A DNA stretch of 64,000 bases from Phoronis australis (taxonomy: Eukaryota; Animalia; Phoronida): the NCBI GenBank assembly GCA_002633005.1, contig NMRA01000122.1, positions 276,171-340,170 of the forward strand, read 5' to 3'. Positions 36,201 through 48,253 of the stretch are shown here, piece after piece (within the stretch, counting starts at the first letter, position 1; every line of letters begins with the position of its first letter). The notes below the pieces were generated by a model that was not told where the DNA came from, made no database searches, and saw only the letters and a program-made list of their open reading frames with translations. Made by a program: the position numbers and the translations under genes.

Positions 36201-38469
36201 TTACATCGAAACATTCGACACTGGCCATTGTGTGAAATGGGGTGGGTGTCCCTTTCACATTATTTACTAGTAGCTCATACCCTTAAACACCCTTTGAGGT
36301 TAAGTTCATAGCAAGCTCAAAACCTTGACTGCGTAGTCTGCCACAAAAGTCAGTAAAATGTTGATAATAATGGCTAGCCTTAATTTCGATATGCACAACA
36401 TGACGTTAATGAAGGACCCTTTTTGCTGTTCACAAGCGTGGGGGAATTCTTGGGTGCCATGATCTCATGTGACAACTTGAAAATTCATTCGTTAGACCCC
36501 TGATTCACTAATGCCACTTTTTTCAGTTCGAGTTCCTCATTGACCAATTCACTGCTGTTCTGTTTCCAATAATGCTATTGATTGCTAGAAACTACCTCCA
36601 TTCAAAGAACTAATCTTTATTTCAGGGGCCATCATTGGGATTGATGACGAGGATGACAGCACATTCACAATAACTGTGGATCAGAAGACGTTCCACTTCC
36701 AGGCTCGGGACTATGACGAAAGAGAGAAGTGGATCACTGGATTGGAGGACACTATTGTTCGCCATACTGTATCCATAAACGGTGGCGAAAACCGTCATGT
36801 GGCGACTCGCGCCGAATTGGACAGCAAGCTAACTGAAACCGATGCATATCTTCAAATACTTATAGATCAGGTGAAGTCATTAGATGAGAAAATCAGTTTG
36901 TGTGAAGACTTGTCGGCTCAAGAGAAGTATTGTGTGATTAAGGTGACTGCAGAAGCTATGATTGAGTCAGTGAAGCAGTCAATTGTCATGATGCAAATTT
37001 CAAAACAAACTTTATTGCCCGAGTTGCCAGACACTAACATTGCCAAAGTCAAATCAACCAGTTTGACAGATGTTTCAAATGAGGTGCCATCAGATTCTTT
37101 GAATAGACAGCCAGCAGTGAATCCAAAAGAAGTTGAGTCATCATTTTCGAGTAGCGATGACGACGACGAGTTCTATGATGCTGATGAGACGCACAGTGGC
37201 CATGTTAGTCCTGTCAAAGAGAAATCAGTCACAAAGCTTAATGATAATGACAATGTTGAGCTGGATGACCAACCACCGTTACAGATGATTGCCTCTAAAG
37301 ATGCTTTGTTTGATGAGCTCTACGATGAGGTGGACAATGAAGACTTGGACTCTCTTGATGCACACAGCAATATGATTACATACCTACTGTCTCAGGTACG
37401 TATTGGCATGGACCTGACCAAAGTGACGCTGCCCACATTTATCCTAGAGCGGCGCTCCTTGCTGGAGATGTATGCTGACTTCTTCGCTCATCCAGACCTG
37501 TTTTGTGCCATCCCCGACTTGAACACACCTGAGGAACGCATGGTGCAGGTGGTGCGTTGGTACATGTCTGCCTTCCACGCAGGACGGCGCAGTCAAGTGG
37601 CCAAGAAGCCATACAACCCTATCCTTGGAGAAACCTTTCTTTGTTACTGGGATGTGCCAAATATGCCGACAGCGAAGGAAAGCTCCACTAGCGACGGCCC
37701 CATCCCATGGGCTGGAAAAGATAATGTGTGTTTCATAGCTGAGCAAGTTTCTCACCATCCACCCATATCCGCATTCTATGCAGAACACTTCAACAAGCGC
37801 ATATCCCTCGATGGATATATATGGACTAAGTCCAAGTTCCTGGGACTGTCCATTGGTGTTCACATGGTTGGTCAAGCAGTCATCTCTGTCATTGACTATG
37901 ATGAAGAGTACATGATCACTTTTCCCAATGGATATGGTCGGTCCATTCTGACTGTACCATGGGTTGAACTTGGAGGGAAAATCAATGTCTCCTGTGCCAA
38001 AACCGGTTACTCAGCCATGATTGAGTTTCAGACAAAACCTTTTTATGGCGGTAAGAAACATCAGGTGAAGGGAAGTGTGTATTCACCACAGGACAAAAAA
38101 GAACCCCTCATGACCTTGACGGGTGAGTGGAATGGAGTCATGTGGGCGCAATACTCGTCTGGGCGCAATGAGAAATTCGTTGACACCAAAGTCATGCCGA
38201 TCGTGAAGAAAAATGTGAAACGACTTGATGAACAGGGCGATTTTGAATCGAGGCAGTTGTGGAAACACGTAACTCTTCATCTGAAGGAGAAAAATGTTGA
38301 CAAGGCAACAGAGCACAAGCGAGCACTGGAGCAAAGGCAGCGAGATGAAGCCAAAGAAAGACAGGAGAAGGGCAAGAAATGGGACACTAAAAACTTCCAT
38401 GAGGTTGGCGAACATTGGGTGTACGATAATCCGCTCACAAAGAGGCTGGCATCAGCGCAGAAGGTATGA
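33100..38469 (+). CDS. OSBPL9: Oxysterol-binding protein-related protein 9 (PH, FFAT, ORD), ~664 aa in two coding exons
   Basis: Exon 33100-33250 [41 protein letters not shown]|gtaatt; exon 36626-38469 ttcag|[30 protein letters not shown].., FFAT EFYDAD, ORD with [12 protein letters not shown] and [11 protein letters not shown] at 38467-38469. Confidence 0.96.
34944..35074. repeat. Short inverted repeat pair, probable MITE remnant
   Basis: atagtctgataggtgggtccctgat ... atcagggatccacctatccgactat. Confidence 0.55.
35294..35515. repeat. 25-bp minisatellite (CATGAGTGATTTKGTACGGCGATTA) x~9 in the OSBPL9 intron
   Basis: Direct reading, period 25. Confidence 0.93.
36626..38469 (+). CDS. OSBPL9: OSBPL9 coding exon 2 (1844 nt: rest of PH, FFAT, entire ORD)
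   Basis: Uninterrupted ORF containing the 597-aa track ORF 36676-38469. Confidence 0.96.
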
Positions 38470-39659
38470 AGAGGTGAAGCTTGTGTTGCGACTCTTACAG
38501 ACAATGTCTCAGGAAAGTTCAAGGTGTTCCAGTGAAAAAGAACATTTCAGGGCTTCACTTTGCTTCCATACTTATAAAAGTTTGTTATTCAAGGGTCAGA
38601 AGTAATTTTGCGTCATCTACTCAAATAGTGAAATTGTCTGTTTTGCTTTTTGGTTTAGTGAACAGTTGGTTGAGTTGTTATGTTGTGGTATGCATCATCT
38701 GTAGAACTTGCATCTATAAAATCCTTTGAGTTGTGAGTTATTACGTGATACTACTCGACTGTACCAAAATGTGCGACCTTTTCCTTTTGTGAAACACTGA
38801 CTTGGTATTGAGTTTGGTACTATGGATTAAGTAGGTCATAACAATTCAACCTTTAGTAAGCAGGCCCCGGTTATGAACATTGTTGCCTGTTAAAATCCCA
38901 ATACTGCATTTGAGAAAAAATGTTGACAAACAATCATCAGTTTGTGACCCCCGTAATCACTAGCAGATGAGGTAGTGATTAGAAAATGTCAAGTTATTAG
39001 TATTTAAGTGTTAGTTTTTCACAAATTTGCTGGTTGTTAGGGACGACTTCAGTTGATTTTGATTTTCTGGCAATTATTTATCAGCCTTTTTCTGGCCTTT
39101 TGATTTTCGATGCTTCTAGGAGTTTTGAACATGGATTTCTCTTTAGTGCGTGGGTAAATTTCGGGGAAATTTTCATACACTTAAGTGTTGTTGATTTCAT
39201 ATTTTCCTTCGAAAAACTGAGACATAAGCTGTCAAAAAGAAGATTTGGGATATTTTTCAAAGAGGGCCTTGCACTGTTAGAAAATAAATCAAAATTCTGC
39301 ATATTGACAGAAAGAACGTATAGTTCAAACATGAAGTCACCCACAGTTTAGATTTTTTATAAATTTATGTTAAAAGCAAAAAATGACTATTTTCACAAAA
39401 AAATGACTAGTCACGTTGTTATTAACGATTGCATGATGCAATTTCAGGCATGAATGATGATTTGTTAAACATGGAGGGATATTGAGCGCTGATTTGGTAA
39501 CGCGACTATTTCTCCTGGGCATCCTGTTTCATGCAATGGGGGATGTCAAAGGTATAATTTTTGATCGTCTCAAAAAATTAAGTTAACAATTCAATTATTG
39601 TTTTGTATGGTTATACTGTGGTGGCAATGGTGCTTACTGTTGTTTTTTTTTTTTGACTT

Positions 39660-39665
39660 AATAAA
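39660..39665 (+). promoter_or_regulatory. Candidate OSBPL9 polyadenylation signal
   Basis: AATAAA between T-rich tracts 1.2 kb after the stop codon. Confidence 0.4.
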
Positions 39666-40560
39666 CTGTTTATTTCGTTTTCATCTTATTTTGAAGTTGA
39701 CCATTTTGACCTGCAGGTGTAGTAACTTTAATGTTGACTTCTTTTGAGGATGTTGTGCTTGAGAAGGGCTTTGAGGTAGAAGTAGCATTTCTTGTTTTGT
39801 TTGTTTGGTAAAAAAGCATAGTTTGTTCTGCTCTTTATGCTGGCTCATTTTTTAGATTGTGCTCACTGACCCAAAAAATGCCCGCCCACATCAATTTCAG
39901 CAAAGCTCTCCTGTTTTGTTTTTGAAACGCTGCAAAAAGGCTCGTAACGAAGATTTGAATCAGCATGATGTGTCAAGCAATGAGTACATCAGGCAAATTC
40001 CGCTACAAATCTTTCGTGGATTTTCTAATTTAAAAAATGAGCTACAAAAATTCTGCTCCTTGGCTCGATTTTCAAAAGAAATAGGGACTAGGACCAACTC
40101 TGCTTCTTTGGCCAAATAAGGAGATTAACTATATTTTGAGCAGTTGTACACCTTGATAGGATCGCTACGGTTGCTTCCTTTATGTATATGTACACCTTGG
40201 GCATTTCTGTTTGAACATGCCATATGACTCATTGGTCTGCATAACCAAGAGCAAGTATAATCATAATCAGAGCTATGTACCTTAGTCAAGACTTGGTAAG
40301 TTAGGTGAATACATAGGTTATGGAGTGGTGAAGACTGAATGTCTAGTAAATAGATGTCTTCTTTATTTACAGAGATGAGAGTAGGTAAACTGTGCTTAAG
40401 ACAAAATGATAACCCCTCAAATTCTTTTGTTGTTAGAGTTGTTGATTAGTTGTTTAGATGTACATTACATGCCAAGAGCAGTGAAATGTGCTGTCAAAGT
40501 ACAACTGTTTTCCTGTCACGACAGCTAATTCCACTTGCAATGAAAATGACTTTCTTGTCC

Positions 40561-40752
40561 GAGGTACTCCCACAAGTGGTGTAGGGGACATGCTGCTCTG
40601 AGGTACTCCCACAAGTGGTGTAGGGGACATGCTGCTCTGAGGTACACCCACAAGTGGTGTAGGGGACATGCTGCTCTGAGGTACACCCACAAGTGGTGTA
40701 GGGGACATGCTGCTCTGAGGTACACCCATAAGTAGTGTGGGGGACATGCTGT
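40561..40752. repeat. 39-bp minisatellite x~5
   Basis: gaggtactcccacaagtggtgtaggggacatgctgctct units. Confidence 0.93.
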
Positions 40753-42728
40753 TCAGATGCTTGACTGTTTCACAACCGGTTTTCCTAGAAATGGGGGTTG
40801 TTCTGGCGAAATTCCCTGTAAAAAGGTGCCTTTTCTTGCAAATTGCCTAAGGGAGACAACATTGCCTACTAGTGCCAACACTACTATAGATGACTCCTTT
40901 TTCTTTTACATAAGTCTACAAAAAGCTGTACAATATTAATTGTATTTTTTAAAACTTTGGTTGCTGAAGATGTTCTCATTTTGACAACATGGCATCTCTT
41001 GTACTCTGTCAGGTCCAACTGTCCATCAACCAATTCAAAAGGGTGAGGCTGCTTTCTAAATGAGTCAATCTGTGGATATCGTAATTTTCCCGCTATACCC
41101 CATCAAAAATATATGCGAGAACTCCCAGAGTTGCAACTCTAGATTCCACTTGAAAAGTTTTGTTTTGGTCTTGTTAGCTTTCGGATAAAGTATCCTTGAC
41201 TGTTGCCTGTTACAGCAGTGAATTTTGCTCATGTTTGGGTGTTTGTGGGTACTGTATTAGGTTTCAGACATGTCTCTTAAATTTGCAAGCTTTTATTTTT
41301 ACCGTGAAATTCTGCTACTTTAGGACACAAATAAAGCAGACTAGTGACATTTCCCAGATTTATACAAAATATTAGTTTCACTAAATAAATGCTTTATCAT
41401 AGTTAACATTTTGGCTATGGGAGGCTTTCAAGTAGTAATGTGGCAATTGTTCACATGAGACCGGATAGTAGTGTCCTCTAGAGGACGGGGAGCCAATTTT
41501 ACTTACTAGTATGTTTAAAAATCACATCTAATCACATAAAATGGAAAAGGGTCTTTTTACCATATTAAAATGTTCCCCTATGCCACCAGCTGTTAAGAAG
41601 TACCTCCTGGTACAGCCAGGTGGCGATAAGAGTCACCAGTCCCTCATGATCAGCTCTATTGCATTCTATGCCTTCCATTGTGGGCGTTCACAACAATATA
41701 AGAAGCGTTTAAAAACTAAAGTTTTGTCCGTAGTTAGTGAGATTATACCGTACTTACAAGTGCGCATTGTATTGATGTACCATAATGAGTTGAAGTGCAA
41801 CTACTTGAGTAATAATTGATTTGTGAATCACTGTTTTTGGTGGCCCAAATGGAACTGCAATGTAAGCTGTCAATATACATTTTGAGAGAAAGTTTGATTT
41901 ACTTTTTCTCTTGCCTTCAATTTTGATCGACAGGAATTATTTAGGGATTTCTGACTCAAATAAAATTACATGGTGGTTGTTACCAGTACATTTAACATTC
42001 TCCGGTCATGTTTTGTACTGGCAATAAATTAAATATTGCATGTCCTTCATGATGAAAGAATTTACAGCGTACTTCCAATGTGGACTTATTTAAAGCTGCA
42101 TTTTGCCAATTAGCAGGCTTAAGAGCGAAAATCGAATTGGGCCTTTCACTCTCATAAAGTCGGTCTCGTAATTTTCCGTACCGTAGCAGGATTCTTATTT
42201 CCACTTCAACGTATCACAGGTAGTGGGTACATCACCCCTTTTTGGTATTCATAATTTTACGGTGGGCCAACCCCAATAAACTCTGAAACACTTTGTGTCC
42301 CTGATGGTTTTGAAGGGAGATGAAATCTTGTCACGGTAAGGAATATTTTGTGCTAATTTTGACAGGTAAGACGTGTTTATGTAATGGTCAAAACCCATCT
42401 CTTAATGCATGGCAGTAGTTAGGCACGACAAAATGCTGAGCACTCTGAGGCATCTTGTTCAATTGTTCGTAAGCTAATTCTGTAATTTACATTAAGGCTA
42501 GCAATTAAAGAAATTGAATGAACTGGCATTTTTAACTGACCGCTTCCCTTTGATTGCTGGTAACCCTATTGGCACTTGAGGTAGTGAGCTGAGAATGTAC
42601 TAGCTTTCTTATCGGCACCATGCCTAAGTAAAACTAGAATATATCGAGCATAGCTGATGATTTTAATCTTTGAATGCCATGGTATTGAGATGGACACTGC
42701 TGGATTTATGGTACAATGTAGCTGGCTA

Positions 42729-42882
42729 GCAGTGAAGAGATGTTTTACTGAGACTGGTGCAACTTGAACTAGTTTTGGCTGGCAGTGAAGAGATGTTTTA
42801 CTGAGACTGGTGCAACTTGAACTAGTTTTGGCTGGCAGTGAAGAGATGTTTTACTGAGACTGGTGCATCTTAAACTACTTTG
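42729..42882. repeat. 53-bp tandem repeat x3
   Basis: gcagtgaagagatgttttactgagactggtgcaacttgaactagttttggctg units at 42729, 42782, 42835. Confidence 0.92.
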
Positions 42883-43574
42883 GTAAGTTAATATTTGAGC
42901 TCTATACCTGGAATTTCTATAACAGAATTAAAACAAGATAAAGATTTATTAAAACAAGGTAAAAACATAAGCACATATTAAGCATATCATCACAGAGGAG
43001 TTTTTAATAATGTGCTTTAAAAACCACATCAAAAAATGTTTCCTCCTCATCACCATTTGACTCTTGGTCAACTAATAGTAATTAAATGCATACATTATTC
43101 TCTATCACAAACTATAGACGACCAATCGTGACCCTTGTAACCACTCTTGGGCAATATCCAACTGAGTTCCAGTCACTGTTTATTGTTGGTAAAATCTCAC
43201 CAATTTCAGACAAAAATCGTATCAAAATTTGATCTTTCTTATTTTTCGGCAGGTTCTAACATTGTTGGAAATGTCCAAGAGTTCTTGAAACATTACCCTG
43301 TGGTATTGAAGTTTAAAACTGTGAAGCATTTACTAAGTGCTATGGTTCATCTGTAAAAAATGACAACATAATATTTTCTCGTGACTGCCATATTGTGCCA
43401 TGAAATAGTGAAATTTTACAGTATTTCATGATAATCGGTGGAACGTAGACATGTAGACATTACAGTAATTGCAAAAAAAATGACGTGTAGGTCTGTGACA
43501 CTAAGGAAAACCCTTTTTCTCATATCTTTAAATCAAACTTGCGACTCTGTTACACAATACCAATGATGCTTTAA

Positions 43575-44469
43575 AGGCGAAGGCAACCTTTTTTCATGTC
43601 ATTTTTAGCAAAAATTAGGTTCGTTGGTTATCCCAGATATATTTTCAACTTAATTACAGCTTTTCGTAATTTAACTAAATATTCGTTCTCTACTCCGGAA
43701 GTGACGTTTTGGGAGGCAAGTATTTCCCGCCAATTTGTTTTCATATAGTCTGACTATGAGAGCTGTTGCGTCAGTCATTGATCTACCTCCGTTGTGATAA
43801 GTTCGGTCGTCGTTTGCTTTTGTTTACGAGTCAGTCAACATGCCACACTGTTGCTGCGTACCGGGATGTACTCATTATGGCCCAAAGCCTGTAAGCAGCC
43901 CTGCTGCAATGTTGAGTAGTGGGAGTGAATACAGGCCAGTCAGTGAAGAGTACAGTTCGTCGTTTAACAGATCGGTGAGCCAAACTTTGATAAGTTTATT
44001 GTGGACTTGTTTAAAGTATTGGAGCTATTTAGAAGGTGCCAGGTGTCTGGCGAGGGAGTCACACGGCGGGGTGTAAGCAGTTTGTGTGCTCAGGTCACCA
44101 TCCAGTGGGAATGTGTCGCGGTACACTCGGGCAAATGGGACAGTTGTTCCTCTGTCCGTGAGACAATAATGAGTGCATCCCGGTACGCAGAAACAGTGTG
44201 GCATGTTGACTGACTCGTAAACAATAGCAAACGACGACCGAACTTATCACAACCGAGATAAAACAATGACTGACTCGGCAGCTCTCACAGTCAGACTATA
44301 TGAAAAGAAATTGGCGCGAAATTCTTGCCTCCCAAAACGTCACTTCCGGAGTAGAGAACGAATAATTAATTAAATTACAAAAAGCTGTAATTAAGTGGAA
44401 AATTTGTCTGGGATAACCAACGAACCTTAATTTTGCTAAAAAAGACATGAAAAAGGGTTGCCTTCGCCT
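43575..44469. mobile_element. Fold-back non-autonomous DNA transposon with TTAA TSD and ~300-bp inverted arms (Kolobok-like, THAP ORF start in each arm)
   Basis: ttaa|AGGCGAAGGCAACC ... GGTTGCCTTCGCCT|ttaa; arms 43575-43878 and 44167-44469; the left arm ends in MPHCCCVPGCTH. Confidence 0.85.
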
Positions 44470-45565
44470 TTAAAGAACATGACCTGGAGGTGATCTCAGA
44501 ACATATGGAAAATGATGTCGACTCTAATGAGCCAATCACAGTCCATGGTACAGATTTGTCGATTTCACACAAAAAGGATTACTAAAAGTGCCAGTGCACC
44601 AAAGGCTCAAAACATAGAGTGCAAACCATCACGTAACGAATGCGATACTTTTGTGTTAATGTTGAACCTTGTGACAGGAGAGACTAGCAATGTTATATCA
44701 TATGGTGACCTAAACTGTCATTGTTGCACTTTGAACAAACCCTGTTGTGTCCATTACATGCCAAATAAGTCTAAGATGAGACGAAGGTAAGGACTTGAAT
44801 ATTGCGATTCACACAAATCACAAGCACGAGTAAATGTAATTATTAAATACTAGTTGAGCTCATAGAATATTGCTTTATCACATGATGCTCTCGTGGTGTG
44901 ACTTCTGTGACAACAAAGAAATATCTAAACAAGAGAAATGCTGGGGCATTGAAATTCGCCCACGGTGCATCGCATACGATATGTTTCTAAGGGCCACTAG
45001 GAGGTGCTGCAATAGTTGAACCAGCCTGAAAATCAAATGGTACTCGCGCATTGTCATCACGTACCACTGAGTAAAGTTTCATAATAATGTAGTTTCATTG
45101 AAATCCATCAATCATTTCAAAAGATCATCTTTAAATGTTCTTCCCCAAAATAGCAAGTAGGAGGTACTGCAGAGGTCAAATCCATCCGAAAAACAAGTGA
45201 TGCCCATGCATTGGCATATACCTCTGAGTCAAGTTTATTGAAATCCGTCGGCTGGTTCTCTTGATATTGTCCAGAAACGCTCTTTCCCCCAAACAACACT
45301 TGAAAACCCCCATTGAAAAGAACTTAAGAGGCACTAGGAGGTCCTACAATGGTCAAATTTGTGCGAAAATTTAACGCTGCCTGCACATTTACGTCAAATA
45401 CCTCATTGAAATCCTTCACTCAGTTCTCTACATGTCATCCGAAAACTCTCACACGAAGTAGCCACCAGGTGACACTGTAAACATTAAAACTTGGTGTCAC
45501 GTCTCAATGGAATCCATCAATTGCTTCTCTAGATATCATCTGGAATGCCCTTCCCCAGGGGCAGG

Positions 45566-46814
45566 TGTAATAGATTATGTATTGCGACCGCCAGATGGCG
45601 TGTTGTTTGATGTACGCTCTCTATTGTCTGAAAATAGATATCAAGTGACTTCCTCAAAAATGGCTGTTGTTTGTCTTTGAAGAACTGCCTCGAATCGAAT
45701 CTGGGATCATCAACGTTAACAGTTGGCGACGAGGTCGAAAAATGTCGTCTTTAATAGGATCAATATCTCCATTAACAGAATCAACTAACTTTGATTCATA
45801 CATCGAATGATTGGAGGTGTATTTCGAGGCAAATGATTTGCCCTCCGGAAAACATGTTAGTTTTTAGCCGTTATCGGTGAAACGGCTTATGATCTGTTGA
45901 ACTCATTGGTGTCTCTGGCAGCCCCTAAGGACAAAACGTTTCAACAATGCGTCGTTGCGCTGAAAGAACATTACTCCCAAAACCGGTGGTGATTATGGAA
46001 CGTTTCCGATTCATGACAAAGATACAAAAGCCCACAGAGTCAATCCGTGATTATATTGCGGCTTTGCAAACCCTAAGTATTCACTAGGATTTTAAAACTA
46101 CACTTGAGGAGCGTCTGAGAGACCAGCTGGTTATGGGCCTTTACTCAGATAAAATGCAACAACGTTTCTTACGAGAGAAAGACTTGAAGTTTTAAGATGC
46201 CGTTGACATTGTGGTTGCTATGAAGGCGGCGATGAAGGACTCTAAAGGAATCCCCCCAGCACCGCAAGATGTTCACAAAGTAGCTGGAGCTGCAGGTGGG
46301 GTGAAACCCAAGCTCAACCCTGCACCTCGTAGAACTCGTGTAAATAGCTCCACTCCGTCAAACTTCAATGGATCATGCCGGCGTTTCAAAGGCAAGCACA
46401 AGGCTCATGAGTGCCGGTTCATAAACGCCACATGTTACAAGTGTAGTAAGATAGGGCACATTAAAAAGGCGTGTCATTCAACCCACCATGTATCTGTGTC
46501 TGCAGGCTCTCAAGAAATGTCTCAAGAGGACACACAGGAGGAGGATGCCTATGGTGTGTATCACATAAATGAAACTATCGGTGATGAGACGGACAGGTTG
46601 AACTTGTAAAACTGTTTGTTGTTCCTGTAGTTAAGTTTTCCAAGCTTGAGGGAAGGGTGTAATAGATTACGTATTGCGACCGCTAGATGGCCTGTTGTTT
46701 GATGTACGCTCTCTATTGTCTGAAAAATAGATATCAAGTGACTTCCTCAAAAATGGCTGTTGTTTGTCTTTGAAGAACTGACTCGAATCGAATCAGGGAT
46801 CATCAACGTTAACA
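45566..46814 (+). mobile_element. Non-autonomous gag-only Gypsy/Mag-like LTR retroelement (1249 bp)
   Basis: LTRs 45566-45721 and 46658-46814 (TGT..ACA; 5 substitutions + 1 indel); 5-bp TSD GCAGG on both sides; PBS TGGCGACGAG directly after the 5' LTR; PPT GAGGGAAGGG before the 3' LTR. Confidence 0.93.
45742..46609 (+). pseudogene. Disrupted retrotransposon gag
   Basis: MSSLIGSI..YFEANDL..PKDKTF..VIMERFRF..QKPTESIRDYIAAL..LEERLRDQLVMGL..CYKCSKIGHIKKAC (CCHC knuckle, preceded by a degenerate one); in-frame stops and frameshifts. Confidence 0.85.
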
Positions 46815-48253
46815 GCAGGGCAAATTGAAAAGTGGCATGAGCCATAGTAGCCATGTCCTACACCTTTGTGGCAAATTTCGTCAAAATCCGATCAGGTGTT
46901 TTTGGAGATATTGAGCGGACACCCGGACAAAGTGACACAATATGCGACCACATATATATATATATATACGTGGGCGAATAAAAGGATGCGCTGCCCATAA
47001 AAGCTGCTGCACGAGTGTTTCATAAAGCAATAAATAACAGGAGTGATCTCTAAAATGCTGATCATTATTAATTCTTGTCTCTGTAGGACATTTGATATCC
47101 AATGTTGAAATGAGTCCTACTGCAGTCAGTCTAGGATACAATGTATTGACTAGACGTGTTGTCACCTTTTAACAGAGGTAGTAATCTACAGTACTGTTCT
47201 TCATTGAGTCGCACACAGTATTCCTGGAAGACAATAGTATTCAGAGATAATACTGGTTGTCTGGAGATTAAACAGCAACTATAAAAATAAAACATAAGGA
47301 ATTTTGACCAATCGCAGCCACACTGGAAGTTGCAGCAGTGGGGTCATGCCAGTTGCTACTTTTGGTAAAAACGGGACAACAAAACAATCTTGTGACTGTA
47401 TTAGTGTTAATCACAAGTCTCAGCTGAATGCGCTCAAGGTGTCTTTATTTGTGCCAAACTACTGGTTTATTGGCAGTTCTGAAATTTCACACAATAATAG
47501 GATGGTCCCGAATTAAACTTGAATCTTGCGGTATTTACCCACAATGCTGCAACATCCATCAAGCAGTTCTCTGGCCTTGTTTCCATGCTATTTGAGTTTC
47601 TCGCGTTATAGGTTGATGCCTTTTTTCAATTTTTTTCTTGATTGCATTAACTGTATTCCACCTTCCTACACCAGTGAAGAATTATTGCTCTGCTGTGGGC
47701 TGCAACTCTGATGGCAGAAAGTTGGCTAAACTTGAGAAGAATCCATGACGTGGATGCGATGAATTCCAACAAGATTCCTCGAATTTCTAAAACGAGGCCA
47801 AATACAAGAACGCGTTCTCCTACCTCTAGGACTGTCTTATTTAGAGAAATGTTTCAAAGAAGAAACCATCATTGCATTTATTCATGATTTCAACTCTGTT
47901 GAGTGACCTCACCAACACCGTTTGAATTGCATTTGACTCACTGGTTTTGCTGTCCTTTTAGGAGAGCGTATGTGTAGACCAGCAGACATGAAGGTCTCCA
48001 ACTGTGTGGTATGCTGGCCCGCACTCTGTTGGAAGCCAGAGTAATCTCCACGACTGTCTGGAGGAGACAAAACTGTAACAGATAAAAAACTTGTCCAAAA
48101 ACATTGCAAATATCAAGCAGTGCCCAATAAGTCTCAAATGGATCAATCTGCATAACATCCACACTCGTGATGGAGGGCATATCAACCATGTATTTATATG
48201 TTCATAGCAGCTGGGATTATTGTCTTTTCACAACTTCTTTTGCCTTGTAGTTA

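Larger units (their letters stand above)
44927..46983 (-). mobile_element. HINE-family element with both ends (reverse orientation) interrupted by an LTR element
   Basis: 3' end with hairpin AATGC-TGGG-GCATT (44937-44950) and subTIR ATTCGCCCAC (44954-44963); 5' end GTGGGCGAAT (46970-46979) with inverted partner ATGCGACCAC around a (TA)n loop; internal CCACTAGGAGGTG units. Confidence 0.8.

Noticed and set aside
37444-38522. Antisense and alternative-frame ORFs over OSBPL9
   Set aside because: Shadow ORFs of the coding exon with no recognisable motifs.
40454-40747. 97-aa ORF with PQSSMSPTPLVGV repeats
   Set aside because: Translation of a 39-bp minisatellite; no splice or context support.
47500-48200. 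Coding-like stretches on the minus strand
   Set aside because: Short ORFs with stops and no recognisable domain or splice chain; may be kinase 3' UTR or a decayed repeat.
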